Below, one piece after another: positions 51,233-61,885 of a stretch of 64,000 nucleotides of DNA. The stretch comes from Sphingobacteriaceae bacterium (GTDB taxonomy: Bacteria; Bacteroidota; Bacteroidia; UBA7662), in the NCBI GenBank assembly GCA_013824115.1, contig PNNG01000035.1, positions 16,568-80,567 of the forward strand, read 5' to 3'. Below the pieces are notes generated by a model, which saw only the letters and a list, made by a program, of their open reading frames with translations, did no database searches and had not been told where the DNA came from. Every line of letters starts with the position of its first letter. Position 1 is the first letter of the stretch. A program made the position numbers and the translations under genes.

Positions 51233-52141
51233 TCAGCCTCTTTGGAGCAGCGAGGCAAGTGCTTTGTACACGGTTTCGTGTTTGAAGCGGAAGCCCGTTT
51301 GTTGGATTTTTTCGTTCGACACAAATTGTGATCCCAGCACGGTATCGGCCATTTCGCCCAGCGCCACACGAAGTGCAAAGGCCGGAACCACCATCCACAA
51401 GGGGCGATGCATGGCCTTGCCCAGGGCTTTCATGAAGGTATAATGCTCTACCGGAAGCGGCGCCACGCCATTGTATATGCCTTTGGCTTCTTCGTTTTCG
51501 AGTAGGAAAACAAACATTTCGCACAAATCGTCGATGTGGACCCAGCTCATCATCTGTTTGCCCGAACCCAAGACACCGCCAGCAAAAAAGCGGAAAGGCA
51601 ACATCATTTTAGGTAAGGCACCTCCTTCGGTGCTCAGTACTATACCAATACGAACAACACAAAGGCGGGTAAAGGCCTCCGCAGGTTGTGCTGCAGTTTC
51701 CCAATCGGCACAAACCGAGGCGAGGAAATCATTGCCTACCGGACTGTCTTCTGTGCAAAGCGCTGTACCGGCATTGCCATAGTAACCAATAGCCGAAGCA
51801 GAGATAAAGCTTTTGGGTGGATTTTCGAGTTGGGAGATGGCATCCACCAACAAACGGGTGCCTTGGGTACGTGAATCGCGGATTTCTTGCTTGCGGGCGG
51901 CACTCCAAGGCTTGTCTGCTACCCCAGCACCGGCTAAATGAATGACGTGATCAATACCTGCAAGGGCTTCGATATTGAGTTGGCCTTTTGTCGGATTCCA
52001 CGCGTGGGTAAGTATGCCTTGTGCATTGCCCGCACGCCTACCGAGGTGTTCCACCGTATATCCTTTTTGTTGCAGCAAACGGGTTAATCGTTGACCCACT
52101 AACCCGCTACCGCCCGTAATCAATACTTTTTGTTGACCCAT
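51233..52141 (-). CDS. TIGR01777-type NAD-dependent epimerase/oxidoreductase
   Basis: ITGGSGLVG, HLAG, SASAIGYYG, SWVHIDD; start taken at MGQQK. Confidence 0.9.
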   Translation of the reverse strand: MGQQKVLITGGSGLVGQRLTRLLQQKGYTVEHLGRRAGNAQGILTHAWNPTKGQLNIEALAGIDHVIHLAGAGVADKPWSAARKQEIRDSRTQGTRLLVDAISQLENPPKSFISASAIGYYGNAGTALCTEDSPVGNDFLASVCADWETAAQPAEAFTRLCVVRIGIVLSTEGGALPKMMLPFRFFAGGVLGSGKQMMSWVHIDDLCEMFVFLLENEEAKGIYNGVAPLPVEHYTFMKALGKAMHRPLWMVVPAFALRVALGEMADTVLGSQFVSNEKIQQTGFRFKHETVYKALASLLQRG

Positions 52142-52296
52142 GATGCTAAAATAAGGATTCACGGGCACTTTTGTTTGGCTCAATAATGTTGCAGTTGCAA
52201 CATAAATTTCGACCTTTTCGATGCTTGGGCCGTTGTAATCGGTAAATTGCACCAAAAGGGCTGTACCTTTGCCCACAAATCGCGCTAAATTTAATT

Positions 52297-55011
52297 ATGG
52301 ATAAGTTTTCGTACCTCTCCAACGCCGATGTGTCGGTGATAGAAGACTACTACCAGCAATACCGCAACGACCCCGAGTCGGTGGACATGGGCTGGAAAAA
52401 ATTCTTCGAAGGCTTTGAGTTCGCAACCCGCCATGCACAAGGCGGTGTACCGGTTTCGGCCGAGCACATGCACAAGGAAATCAATGTGGTGCACTTGATT
52501 CATGCCTATCGTTCGCGCGGCCACCTGCTGTCGAAAACCAATCCCATTCGTCCACGCAAAGACCGCGACCCGGGCATTGCACTTTCATACCACCAATTGT
52601 CGGAGGCCGACCTCGACACCCGCTTTGGGGCAGGCTACATCATTGGCATGGAAAACGCCACCCTGCGTGAAATTGTGGCCAAATTGGAGTCGATTTACTG
52701 CCGCAGCATTGGCTTTGAGTTCATGCACATACGCGAAACCGAAATCCGCGAATGGTGTAAAGTATACTTCGAAAAGCACGCTTATCACTACGATTTTGAT
52801 GTAGAAAAGAAGAAGCGCATCCTCAGCAAACTTAACGAAGCGGTAGTTTTCGAAAGCTTCCTGCACAAAAAATATGTGGGTCAAAAGCGCTTTTCACTCG
52901 AAGGCGGCGAAAACACCATCCCTGCCCTCGATGCGGTGATCAACCGCGGCTCGGAACTGGGCGTTGAGTCGGTGGCCATTGGTATGGCGCACCGGGGTCG
53001 TTTGAATGTGCTTGCTAACATCCTGGGAAAAACCTACGAATACATCTTCAACGAATTTGAAGGTATCGCCAATCCCGATTTGAGCTTTGGCGATGGCGAC
53101 GTAAAATACCACCTCGGCTTTTCGAGCCAGGTGAACACCACGGCAGGAAAAAAAGTAAATCTCGACCTCGTTCCAAACCCTTCGCACCTTGAAGCGGTGG
53201 ATCCCGTGCTCGAAGGTTTTGTGCGCGCCAAGGCCGATATGCTGTACAGCAAAGACTACGGCAAAATCATGCCCGTGCTCATTCATGGCGATGCTGCCGT
53301 GGCCGGACAAGGCGTGGTGACCGAAGTGGCCCAGATGTCGCAATTGAAAGGCTACCACACCGGTGGCAGCTTGCACTTTGTGATCAACAACCAGATTGGT
53401 TTCACCACCGATTTTTACGACGCGCGTACCTCTGACTATTGTACCGCCGTGGCCAATGCCATTGGGGTACCCGTATTGCACGTCAACGGCGACGATGCCG
53501 AAGCGGTGACCTTTGCAGCTGAATTTGCCGTTGCCTTCCGCCAGGAGTTCAAGCGCGATGTGTTTGTGGATATGCTCTGCTACCGCCGTCACGGTCACAA
53601 CGAAAGCGACGAGCCCAAGTTTACGCAGCCCACTTTGTATGCCTTGATTGAGAAGCATCCCGATCCACGCCAAATTTATTCAGCCGAATTGATCAAGCGT
53701 GGCGACATCAATGCCGAGTTGGCCAGCCAAATGGAGGAAGACTTCAAAAACTTACTCCAAGACCGCTTGAATTTGGTGAAGCAGCATGCCGTGCCATACA
53801 AGCCGCATGCTTTAGACAAAGAGTGGGAACAGATGCGCCGTTCGACCTATGAAGACTTTAACGCATCGCCCAAAACGGCCATTCAGCCCGATGCAGCTGC
53901 AAAAGTGGTAAGTGCCATCACCCATGTGCCTGAGGGTTTCCACCTCATGCGCAAAGTGCAAAAACTGATAGAAGAGCGCCAGAAAATGTTTGCCGATGGG
54001 CAAGTAAACTGGTCGTTGGCCGAATTGTTGGCTTACGGCAGCTTGTTGAGCGAAGGTAAAAAAGTGCGCATCAGTGGTCAAGACGTGGTGCGCGGTACCT
54101 TCTCGCACCGCCATGCCGCCCTGCGCGACGAAACCAACAACGAGCTCTACATCGGGCTCAACAACATACACGACAAACAAGGCCGTTTCAGCATCTACAA
54201 CTCACTTTTGAGCGAATATGCGGTACTCGGCTTCGAATACGGTTACAGCATTGCTTCGCCCAATGTGCTTACCATTTGGGAAGCCCAGTTTGGTGACTTT
54301 GCCAACGGCGCGCAAACCATCATCGACCAGTTTATCAGCTCAGGCGAGTCGAAATGGCGCCGCATGAGTGGTTTGGTGATGTTGTTGCCACATGGCTACG
54401 AAGGCCAGGGTCCCGAGCACTCCAATGCCCGCCCCGAGCGCTTCTTGCAATTGGCTGCCGAAATGAACATGGTGGTAGCCAACTGTACGAGTCCGGCCAA
54501 CTTCTTCCACCTCTTGCGCCGCCAATTGAGCTGGGATTTCCGCAAGCCGCTCATCGTGATGTCGCCCAAGGCTTTGTTGCGCCACCCGCTATGTGTGTCG
54601 CCTGTGAGCGAATTGTACGACGGCCATTTCCGCGAGATCATTGACGATACCCAAGCAGATCCAAAGAAGGTGAAGCGAGTGTTGATGTGTACCGGCAAAG
54701 TGTATTACGATTTGCTGGCCCGTCAACAAGAAGAAAAACGCAAGGATGTGGCCATTGTACGCTTTGAGCAGCTGTACCCCATGGCCGAAGCCCAGCTCGA
54801 TGCCATGTACGCCCGCTATCCCAAGGCAGAGTACTATTGGGTGCAGGAAGAACCCAAGAACATGGGTGCTTGGACCTATATGCTGCGCTACGAACAAAAC
54901 CGCAACCTCAAGCTCATTGCCCGCAAATCGAGCGCGTCGCCTGCCACAGGATACGCCAAGGTGCACGAGCAAGAACAACAACAAATCATCAACCAGGCCT
55001 TTACCCTTTAA
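52297..55011 (+). CDS. sucA: 2-oxoglutarate dehydrogenase E1
   Basis: [37 protein letters not shown]; TACCTTTG box at 52264-52271. Confidence 0.98.
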   Translation: MDKFSYLSNADVSVIEDYYQQYRNDPESVDMGWKKFFEGFEFATRHAQGGVPVSAEHMHKEINVVHLIHAYRSRGHLLSKTNPIRPRKDRDPGIALSYHQLSEADLDTRFGAGYIIGMENATLREIVAKLESIYCRSIGFEFMHIRETEIREWCKVYFEKHAYHYDFDVEKKKRILSKLNEAVVFESFLHKKYVGQKRFSLEGGENTIPALDAVINRGSELGVESVAIGMAHRGRLNVLANILGKTYEYIFNEFEGIANPDLSFGDGDVKYHLGFSSQVNTTAGKKVNLDLVPNPSHLEAVDPVLEGFVRAKADMLYSKDYGKIMPVLIHGDAAVAGQGVVTEVAQMSQLKGYHTGGSLHFVINNQIGFTTDFYDARTSDYCTAVANAIGVPVLHVNGDDAEAVTFAAEFAVAFRQEFKRDVFVDMLCYRRHGHNESDEPKFTQPTLYALIEKHPDPRQIYSAELIKRGDINAELASQMEEDFKNLLQDRLNLVKQHAVPYKPHALDKEWEQMRRSTYEDFNASPKTAIQPDAAAKVVSAITHVPEGFHLMRKVQKLIEERQKMFADGQVNWSLAELLAYGSLLSEGKKVRISGQDVVRGTFSHRHAALRDETNNELYIGLNNIHDKQGRFSIYNSLLSEYAVLGFEYGYSIASPNVLTIWEAQFGDFANGAQTIIDQFISSGESKWRRMSGLVMLLPHGYEGQGPEHSNARPERFLQLAAEMNMVVANCTSPANFFHLLRRQLSWDFRKPLIVMSPKALLRHPLCVSPVSELYDGHFREIIDDTQADPKKVKRVLMCTGKVYYDLLARQQEEKRKDVAIVRFEQLYPMAEAQLDAMYARYPKAEYYWVQEEPKNMGAWTYMLRYEQNRNLKLIARKSSASPATGYAKVHEQEQQQIINQAFTL

Positions 55012-55025
55012 TTGCAATTGAATTT

Positions 55026-56249
55026 ATGGCTATAGAAGTAAAAATTCCCGCCCTCGGTGAATCTATCAGCGAGGTAGTGATTGCCAAGTGGCTCAAAAAA
55101 GACGGCGACTATGTAAAAATGGACGAAGTGCTGTGCGAGCTCGAAACCGACAAAGCCACCATGGAGCTCAATGCTGAGCAAGCGGGTGTGCTCAAAATCA
55201 TTGCTGCTGAGGGTGCTACCCTGGCCATTGGTGATGTGGTTTGCAGCATCGATACAGCTGCTGCTGCGCCCGCGGCCGGGGCTGCTGCGCCGGCTCCTGC
55301 TGCTGCCGCACCTGCCGCTGCGCCTGTAGCAGCTGCTGCACCTGCTGCGGCCACCTATGCCAGCGGACATCCTTCGCCTGCTGCTGCTAAGATTTTGGCA
55401 GAAAAGGGCATTGATGCAGCGCAAGTGGCCGGCACGGGCAAAGACGGTCGCATTACCAAAGAAGATGCCCAGCAAGCGCAAGCTGCGCCGGCACCAGCTG
55501 CCAAAGCCGCTGCTCCTGCCGCTGCTGCACCTGCAGCTCCGAAAGGAGATCGCGAACAGCGCCGCGAGCGCATGAGTCAATTGCGCAAAACCGTTGCCCG
55601 TCGCCTGGTAGCCGTGAAAAACGAAACGGCCATGCTCACCACTTTCAACGAGGTGAACATGGGCCCGGTGATGGAACTGCGCAGCCGCTACAAAGACAAG
55701 TTCAAAGACAAATACGGCGTGGGCCTTGGCTTCATGTCGTTCTTCACCCGTGCGGTGTGTTTGGCCCTCAAAGAGTTCCCGGCCGTAAACGCCATGATCG
55801 ATGGGGATGAAATGGTTTACAACGACTATTGCGACATCTCCATTGCCGTTTCAGCGCCTCGTGGCCTGGTGGTTCCTGTGATCCGCAATGCCGAAACCCT
55901 GGGTTTGCACGAAATTGAGGGCGAGGTAGGTCGCCTCGCCAAGCGTGCCCGCGAAAACCAACTCACCATCGAAGAAATGACCGGTGGTACGTTCACCATC
56001 ACCAACGGTGGTGTATTTGGTTCGATGTTGAGCACGCCCATCATCAATGCCCCACAGAGTGCCATTTTGGGCATGCACAACATTGTGGAGCGCCCCATTG
56101 CCCTGAACGGCGAGGTGGTGATTCGTCCGGTAATGTATGTGGCCCTCAGCTACGACCACCGCATCATCGATGGTCGTGAATCGGTGAGCTTCCTGGTGAA
56201 GGTGAAGGAGTACCTCGAGGATCCGGCGCGGATGCTCATCGGCATATAG
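55026..56249 (+). CDS. sucB: Dihydrolipoamide succinyltransferase E2
   Basis: ETDKA lipoyl site, Ala/Pro linkers, [19 protein letters not shown]. Confidence 0.97.
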   Translation: MAIEVKIPALGESISEVVIAKWLKKDGDYVKMDEVLCELETDKATMELNAEQAGVLKIIAAEGATLAIGDVVCSIDTAAAAPAAGAAAPAPAAAAPAAAPVAAAAPAAATYASGHPSPAAAKILAEKGIDAAQVAGTGKDGRITKEDAQQAQAAPAPAAKAAAPAAAAPAAPKGDREQRRERMSQLRKTVARRLVAVKNETAMLTTFNEVNMGPVMELRSRYKDKFKDKYGVGLGFMSFFTRAVCLALKEFPAVNAMIDGDEMVYNDYCDISIAVSAPRGLVVPVIRNAETLGLHEIEGEVGRLAKRARENQLTIEEMTGGTFTITNGGVFGSMLSTPIINAPQSAILGMHNIVERPIALNGEVVIRPVMYVALSYDHRIIDGRESVSFLVKVKEYLEDPARMLIGI

Positions 56250-56745
56250 GTTCAAGGTTCAAAGTTCAAGGTTGAGCGCAGCGAAATCCCGAGAGGCTTT
56301 TGCCGATTCGGGATTCAAAGTGGAGCAACGCGACATCCCGAGAGCCAAGGTGATTCGGGATTCAAAAGGAGGGATTGCCCTGGCGGGCAAACCATTTGTA
56401 GGATTTTGAAAGTATAAAACGCCTTCGGTGGCTTGCAAGGGCATTTGTCGGAGGCGTTTAAATTCAAAATTGAAGATTCAAGGTTGAGCGCTGCGAAATC
56501 CCGAGAGGCAAGGGCGCCTGCCCCGAGAGCAGAATGCGATTCGGGGATTCGGGATTCAAAAGGGGTTTGCAGCTCCGCTGCAATGGAAGGCTATAGCAAA
56601 AGCGGCCCTGTCGGGGCCTACTCTAGGTAGCAAAGCGAAATCCCGAGAGGCAAGGGCGCCTGCCCCGAGAGCAGAATGCGATTCGGGGATTCGGGATTCA
56701 AAAGGGAGGATTGCCTGCTGGTCAAAGCAGTTGCAGGATTTTTTA
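56248..56745. repeat. Composite REP-like hairpin array (four units, two nested) within heptamer repeats
   Basis: AGC-NNN-GCGA[AC]ATCCCGAGA...GATTCGGGATTCAAA units at about 56274, 56323, 56486 and 56628; 72-bp exact duplicate at 56493-56564 and 56635-56706. Confidence 0.85.
56416..56461 (+). terminator. Long hairpin, candidate sucAB terminator
   Basis: AAACGCCTTCGG...TCGGAGGCGTTT arms. Confidence 0.45.
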
Positions 56746-56836
56746 ATTCGCAATGTGCGTTTTACCAAGGCACAGGCCCATCTTTTATTGGTAGGGATCG
56801 GATAGAAAGCTGATGAAGTGTAAATATGAAACATAC

Positions 56837-56872
56837 AATTCGGAAATATTCCGAATTAAGTTTTTAAATTTG
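56837..56872 (+). promoter_or_regulatory. Perfect inverted repeat operator and -7 box of the AbiE module
   Basis: AATTCGGAA-ATA-TTCCGAATT (56837-56857); TAAATTTG (56865-56872) 4 nt before the ATG. Confidence 0.75.
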
Positions 56873-56876
56873 ACAT

Positions 56877-57515
56877 ATGGAACACCTGTTGAAACTTCAG
56901 CGATACAGCGATGGCTTGCTTTCCACTTCGGTATTGCTGCATCTGTTGGCAGATTACAACAGTCCCTATGACAAAATCAACGAATGGGTCAAACAAGGGG
57001 TTTTGGTGCAATTGCGCAGAGGGCTTTACGCGCTTTCAGAAGAGTTGGGCTTGACCAAGGTAGAACCTTTCTTGATCGCCAATCAGCTTTACGGCCCCAG
57101 CTATGTGTCGCTCGATACAGCTTTGGCCTATTGGGGCCTGATTCCCGAGCGTGTTTACGTAATCAGCAGTGTAAGCATGCGCCCAACCAAATTGTTTCAC
57201 ACCTCCAGGGGCGTTTTCAGTTATAAAGAGCTGCCCGCAACCTACTTCAGTTTGGGTATCAGTCAGGTTTCGTTATCACCCAAACAAAATGTATTGGTGG
57301 CGAGCAAAGAAAAATGCCTTTGCGACAAATTGGTGTGTACCTCTGGCTTACAGCTTCGCAGCAGAAAACAAGCCATGCGTTGGTTGATCGACGACTTACG
57401 TATTGACCAAGACCAACTTCGGGATTTTGATACCACGGCCATGGAAGCTTGGTTGACCTTGAGTCCGAAAAGAGAAAGTATTGTCGAACTCATTCAAAGC
57501 ATTAAAGGTTTATGA
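56877..57515 (+). CDS. AbiEi-like antitoxin (type IV toxin-antitoxin)
   Basis: LRRGLY, PSYVSLDTALAYWGLIPE, ASKEKCLCD; coupled to AbiEii. Confidence 0.88.
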   Translation: MEHLLKLQRYSDGLLSTSVLLHLLADYNSPYDKINEWVKQGVLVQLRRGLYALSEELGLTKVEPFLIANQLYGPSYVSLDTALAYWGLIPERVYVISSVSMRPTKLFHTSRGVFSYKELPATYFSLGISQVSLSPKQNVLVASKEKCLCDKLVCTSGLQLRSRKQAMRWLIDDLRIDQDQLRDFDTTAMEAWLTLSPKRESIVELIQSIKGL

Positions 57516-58363
57516 TTGCCCAATGGCTTTCGACCTATCAGCCTAAAAACAGCGATGAAACCAACGCTGCCTTGCGTGAAATCATGCAAGAAATAGCATT
57601 GGCGGGTCTTTATCGTGCCAATTTTTTCAAAGAAGCAGCTTTTTATGGTGGTACTGCCTTACGTATTTTTCATGGGCTCGACCGCTTTTCGGAGGATTTA
57701 GACTTTTCCTTACTTGCGAAAAACCCAGCATTTCAAATCGATGCTTATTTTCCTGCTATTGCCCAAGAATTTGAGGCTTGGGGAATGAAAGTGGGCATCG
57801 TTCAAAAGCAAAAACAAGCATTTTCTGCCATTGAATCGGCCTTTCTAAAGTCTGAAACCGCCTGGGGCGAATTGGTTTTGCAGGATACGGTTTTGCCATT
57901 GAACCTAACAACCAAGCCTGTGGTCAAAATCAAATTGGAGATTGATGCCTTGCCGCCATTGGGCTTTACAACCGAACAGCAGTTGTTGTTGCGACCTTTT
58001 TCGTGCTACATTCATTGCTTTAGCCTTCCTGATTTGTTTGCTGGAAAGATGCATGCCTTGCTCTTTCGTCAATGGCAGCAGCGGGTAAAAGGGCGCGACT
58101 GGTACGATTTGGAATGGTATATCAAAAGAGGGACCGTGCTTAATTTGTCGCATTTTGCCGTCCGTGCCTTTGAAAGTGGACATTGGCCAGCTACGTCCAT
58201 AGGAGCAGCCCAGTTTCAAAAATTGCTACTTGATAAAATTGAGCAAGTCAACTTTGATCAAGTGAAGGCAGACATTATCAGATTTATACCCGAACAAAGG
58301 AGTATAGACATTTGGACAGCCGATTACTTCAGGCTTTTGGTGAAGCGTTTGGCTTTTAAGTAG
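57512..58363 (+). CDS. AbiEii/AbiGii nucleotidyltransferase toxin
   Basis: FYGGTAL, RFSEDLDF, KMHALL and KGRDWYD motifs. Confidence 0.92.
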   Translation: MIAQWLSTYQPKNSDETNAALREIMQEIALAGLYRANFFKEAAFYGGTALRIFHGLDRFSEDLDFSLLAKNPAFQIDAYFPAIAQEFEAWGMKVGIVQKQKQAFSAIESAFLKSETAWGELVLQDTVLPLNLTTKPVVKIKLEIDALPPLGFTTEQQLLLRPFSCYIHCFSLPDLFAGKMHALLFRQWQQRVKGRDWYDLEWYIKRGTVLNLSHFAVRAFESGHWPATSIGAAQFQKLLLDKIEQVNFDQVKADIIRFIPEQRSIDIWTADYFRLLVKRLAFK

Positions 58364-58379
58364 TTTGATGCCTGCGCAC

Positions 58380-58405
58380 AAAAAAACCGGCCGAAGCCGG
58401 TTTTA
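58380..58405. terminator. Bidirectional intrinsic terminator
   Basis: A7-CCGGC-CGAA-GCCGG-TTTT between convergent genes. Confidence 0.85.
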
Positions 58406-58422
58406 TCATTATAGCGTGCCGT

Positions 58423-59085
58423 TTATCGCAAGGTAAAGCGGAAGGGCAGGTTGTATTGTACGCGTACTGGCATACCACGCTGCTTGCCGGGCTTCCAAGC
58501 TGGCATCGATTTTACCACGCGAATGGCTTCTTCGTCGCAACCACCGCCAATGCCACGCAGTACTTGTACATTGTTGATGTTGCCTTTTTCATCTACCACA
58601 AAAGTTACTACCACTATACCTTGCAGACCATTTTCACGGGCCAATGGCGGATACTTGGTGTTTTTGGCCATGTATTCTAGCAAGGCTTGGTCGCCACCGG
58701 GGAAGGTGGGCATTTCTTCTACCACCGTGAAAATTTCGGGCTCCGATGGACCTTCTTCTGGTTCGATGACTGGAATATCAATTTTGGTGTCTTGCGTTAC
58801 CTCGGTTGATTGGATATCATCTTCTTCCACCAATTCGTCATCTTCCACTACTTCCAATACGGGTGGCGGTGGGGGTGGTGGTGGCTGTACTTTTTGCTCT
58901 GTTTGAGGAATTTCAACTTCTACAGGCTCTTCAATAACCAAGGTGCCTAAGTCGCCTGCTCCACCTTCACGCTGAGCCCAATTAAAAGCAGTTAACATGA
59001 GTCCCAATGAGGTAATCATACCTACTTGGAAAAACAGCCCGCGCTGCTTATTTAAATCTGCTTTTGGATTCTTTTTTGGTTCCAT
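58423..59085 (-). CDS. Energy transducer TonB
   Basis: MEPKKNPKADL, TM helix, polyproline, VEEMPTFPGG, WKPGKQRG. Confidence 0.93.
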   Translation of the reverse strand: MEPKKNPKADLNKQRGLFFQVGMITSLGLMLTAFNWAQREGGAGDLGTLVIEEPVEVEIPQTEQKVQPPPPPPPPVLEVVEDDELVEEDDIQSTEVTQDTKIDIPVIEPEEGPSEPEIFTVVEEMPTFPGGDQALLEYMAKNTKYPPLARENGLQGIVVVTFVVDEKGNINNVQVLRGIGGGCDEEAIRVVKSMPAWKPGKQRGMPVRVQYNLPFRFTLR

Positions 59086-59201
59086 GTTGTGCTGTTTCTT
59101 CTTGAAACGTAAGAGGCTACAAATTAATGTAAATGGCGGGTAAAACCCAAGGATTGGCCAAAAAAATCACTTGAAGTTTACATCAGGCTGACATCAACCT
59201 C

Positions 59202-59924
59202 TTATTCGGCCTTCAGCTGAAACCGTACAGGCAAATTATAACGCACTTTTACGGGCCTGCCACGTTGTTTTCCGGGTTTCCAATTCGGCATGGCACTTAC
59301 CACGCGCAAGGCTTCTTCGTCGCAACCTCCACCAATACCCCGAGTAATGGTTGGGTTGAGGATCCGGCCATTTTCATCGATGACAAATTGCACCACTACG
59401 AGCCCTTGAATGCGACTTTCGAGCGCCAGTGAGGGATACCGCGTTTCTTTGTACAGGTATTCAAGTAGTTTGGCATCGCCCCCGGGAAAGGAGGGCATTT
59501 CTTCCACAACGACAAAAATTTCACCTTCATCACGGGTTCTATCATCGGGTACGGCTATAGAAGGGGATTCACCGGTAAAGGCCCCCGCCGGCAAGGCTAT
59601 GTCGCGGTCGGCATTGAGCTCGGTAGTGGCCATTTCGGTCTCCATAATTTCGTTCAATACCGTTGCAATATTGCCCGAAAGCGGGGCCTGACTCAATTGT
59701 ACATCGGGTGGGGGTGGGGCAAAAGTGCGCTGCCGGGTTTGTGGAACCACATCATCGATGGTTTGTACCCGATCCCACTCTGGATTATAGGTCACCGGCG
59801 CATCCCATGCATTTTCTACGCTTGCCCAATTAAAAACAAGCAACATGGCGCCTAGCGACACAACGAGGCCTATCTCAAAATAGAGCAATCGTTTTTCGTT
59901 CAGGTCACGCATGTATTTCAACAT
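59202..59924 (-). CDS. Energy transducer TonB (tandem paralogue)
   Basis: TM helix, PPPP, VEEMPSFPGG, CDEEALRVV. Confidence 0.9.
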   Translation of the reverse strand: MLKYMRDLNEKRLLYFEIGLVVSLGAMLLVFNWASVENAWDAPVTYNPEWDRVQTIDDVVPQTRQRTFAPPPPDVQLSQAPLSGNIATVLNEIMETEMATTELNADRDIALPAGAFTGESPSIAVPDDRTRDEGEIFVVVEEMPSFPGGDAKLLEYLYKETRYPSLALESRIQGLVVVQFVIDENGRILNPTITRGIGGGCDEEALRVVSAMPNWKPGKQRGRPVKVRYNLPVRFQLKAE

Positions 59925-60379
59925 CAGCGGCGAATAATGAGTCGGAAAAAGAAGAAACCACCTAAAGTTCCAGAAGTATTGGCCAGGTAATCGAGCACAT
60001 CGGCCGAACGTTGTACAAAAAGGAGGCCTTGCAACATTTCAGTGAGCCCACTGTAGGCAATGCCCAGCAACAAAGTATAAAAACCCGCTTCGAAACGAAG
60101 CATGGGCACGCTGTTTTGTTTGATGAAAGCTTGCATCCAAAGGAAGCTCAGCACGAAGTAGAGTCCAAAATGGATGAATTTATCGGCACTCAGCAGCTCG
60201 CTGCTGGGGAATTTATAGCCCGGAATGCCAATGAGCAATAAAATAAAAGCCATCCAGACAAGCGGTGGCAAGCTGTAATTGAACAACTTGCCCCACTGCT
60301 TGCGGTTAACACGGCGAAATTGATTGCCGAGATTACTGTCCAATATGCTGTTTGTAGGCATCGGCCGAAAGCAGCTCAT
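59924..60379 (-). CDS. VanZ family membrane protein (start uncertain)
   Basis: DKFIHF, TEMLQ, RSADVLDYLAN motifs. Confidence 0.85.
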   Translation of the reverse strand: MSCFRPMPTNSILDSNLGNQFRRVNRKQWGKLFNYSLPPLVWMAFILLLIGIPGYKFPSSELLSADKFIHFGLYFVLSFLWMQAFIKQNSVPMLRFEAGFYTLLLGIAYSGLTEMLQGLLFVQRSADVLDYLANTSGTLGGFFFFRLIIRR

Positions 60380-60713
60380 TGGCTTCGGCGGGGTCCGACA
60401 TTTTCACGCGGATCATCCAACCATTGCCATAAGGGTCGTTGTTTACATCTTCTGGCGTATTGTCGAGGCCTTCATTTTTTTCAATGATTTCGCCCGACAC
60501 CGGCATAAACAGATCGGAAACCGTTTTAACGGCCTCTACGGTACCAAAAACCTCGTCTTTCTTAACGTGCTGGCCTAGGGTTTCAATTTCCACAAATACA
60601 ATATCTCCCAACTCGCCCTGGGCAAAATGGGTAATACCTACAGTGGCCACATCGCCTTCGATGCTGATCCATTCGTGTTCTTTGGTGTACTTGAGTTGGC
60701 TTGGAATGCTCAT
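60333..60713 (-). CDS. gcvH: Glycine cleavage system H protein
   Basis: HEW, GITHFAQ, VEAVK lipoyl site, NDPYGNGW. Confidence 0.97.
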   Translation of the reverse strand: MSIPSQLKYTKEHEWISIEGDVATVGITHFAQGELGDIVFVEIETLGQHVKKDEVFGTVEAVKTVSDLFMPVSGEIIEKNEGLDNTPEDVNNDPYGNGWMIRVKMSDPAEANELLSADAYKQHIGQ

Positions 60714-60760
60714 GCGTTTGAATTTTTGTCAAATTTAGCAATATGCCCGGCTATTTAGCC

Positions 60761-61828
60761 TCAGGCTTCGTTTTTAGCAGCAGCTAATTTTTGCAGGATG
60801 GTACCCGCCGTTTCGCGATAGCGCCCCTTGCGGAAAATATTTTGTTCGCCTTTTATAAGGCCTTTGCGTAGTTCTTTTTGCTGCTCCTCAGGCAAGGCCA
60901 AGATGTCGGCACAAGCCTCACTACAGCAGTGGTTGAATTTTTGAGCACAGGCATCGCACTGTATGAACAGCAAATGACAGGCTTCATTGGCGCAATTCAC
61001 ATGTGTATCGGCTGGCTCGCCGCACTGGTGACATTGAGCTATGATTTCGTCGCTGATGCGCTCGCCTAACCGCTCATCGAACACAAAGTTCTTGCCCCTG
61101 AATTTATTGGGGAGTCCTTTGTATTTTACCTGCCTGGCATATTCAATGATGCCCCCGTGCAATTGGTTTACATCGGCAAAACCGAGGTGCTTAAAGTAGG
61201 CACTGGCTTTTTCGCAACGGATGCCCCCGGTGCAGTAAAGCAACAGTTTGGCGTCTTTTTTATCTTCCAACAAATCGGCTACCAAGGGAAGTTCTTCGCG
61301 GAAGGTGTCTACATCGGGACAAATGGCCCCTTCGAAATGCCCCACTTCGCTTTCGTAATGGTTTCGCATATCCACCACAATGGTCTTGGGGTCGTTCAAA
61401 GCGGCATTAAATTCCTCGGCGGTGAGGTGGTTTCCAACGTTGGTTACATCAAACGCTCCATCATCAAGCCCGTCGGCTACAATTTTGTCTTTCACCTTTA
61501 CAGCCAGTTTGAAGAACGATTTGCCATCGTCTTCCACCGCTATTTTGAAAGGGACGTTGTTGAATTCGGGCCAGGCATACAGCTCGGTTTTGAACTGCTC
61601 AAAATGGTGCTCGGGAATGCTCATTTGGGCATTGATGCCTTCGCGGGCTACATACACCCTGCCATAGCACTGAAGCGCTTCCCACTGGGCGTATAGGCGG
61701 TCGCGCACCTCTTCGGGCTGTGGCAAAATGACGTAACGGTAAAACGAGAGGGTAACCCGGCGGAAATCCTCTACCATCAAGCGCTGCTTGAGCAAGCGGC
61801 GGTCGACACGATTGTGTAGTAAACTCAT
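60761..61828 (-). CDS. trhO: Rhodanese-domain tRNA U34 hydroxylase (TrhO/YceA)
   Basis: [34 protein letters not shown]; Cys-rich tail. Confidence 0.9.
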   Translation of the reverse strand: MSLLHNRVDRRLLKQRLMVEDFRRVTLSFYRYVILPQPEEVRDRLYAQWEALQCYGRVYVAREGINAQMSIPEHHFEQFKTELYAWPEFNNVPFKIAVEDDGKSFFKLAVKVKDKIVADGLDDGAFDVTNVGNHLTAEEFNAALNDPKTIVVDMRNHYESEVGHFEGAICPDVDTFREELPLVADLLEDKKDAKLLLYCTGGIRCEKASAYFKHLGFADVNQLHGGIIEYARQVKYKGLPNKFRGKNFVFDERLGERISDEIIAQCHQCGEPADTHVNCANEACHLLFIQCDACAQKFNHCCSEACADILALPEEQQKELRKGLIKGEQNIFRKGRYRETAGTILQKLAAAKNEA

Positions 61829-61885
61829 AAAGCGTTGGTGTTAAGGCGCAAACTTAAACCGGACACAAAGGTATGAAATTAGCTT

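Noticed and set aside
55250-55545. GCT/CCT-rich tandem repeats
   Set aside because: They encode the normal Ala/Pro linkers of the E2 subunit.
56248-56745. CRISPR array
   Set aside because: Unit lengths and spacing are irregular, units are nested, the inner sequences are duplicated or self-pairing rather than unique spacers, and no cas gene is in the window.
58423-59924. Direct DNA similarity between two neighbouring regions
   Set aside because: Explained by tandem TonB paralogues, a common arrangement.
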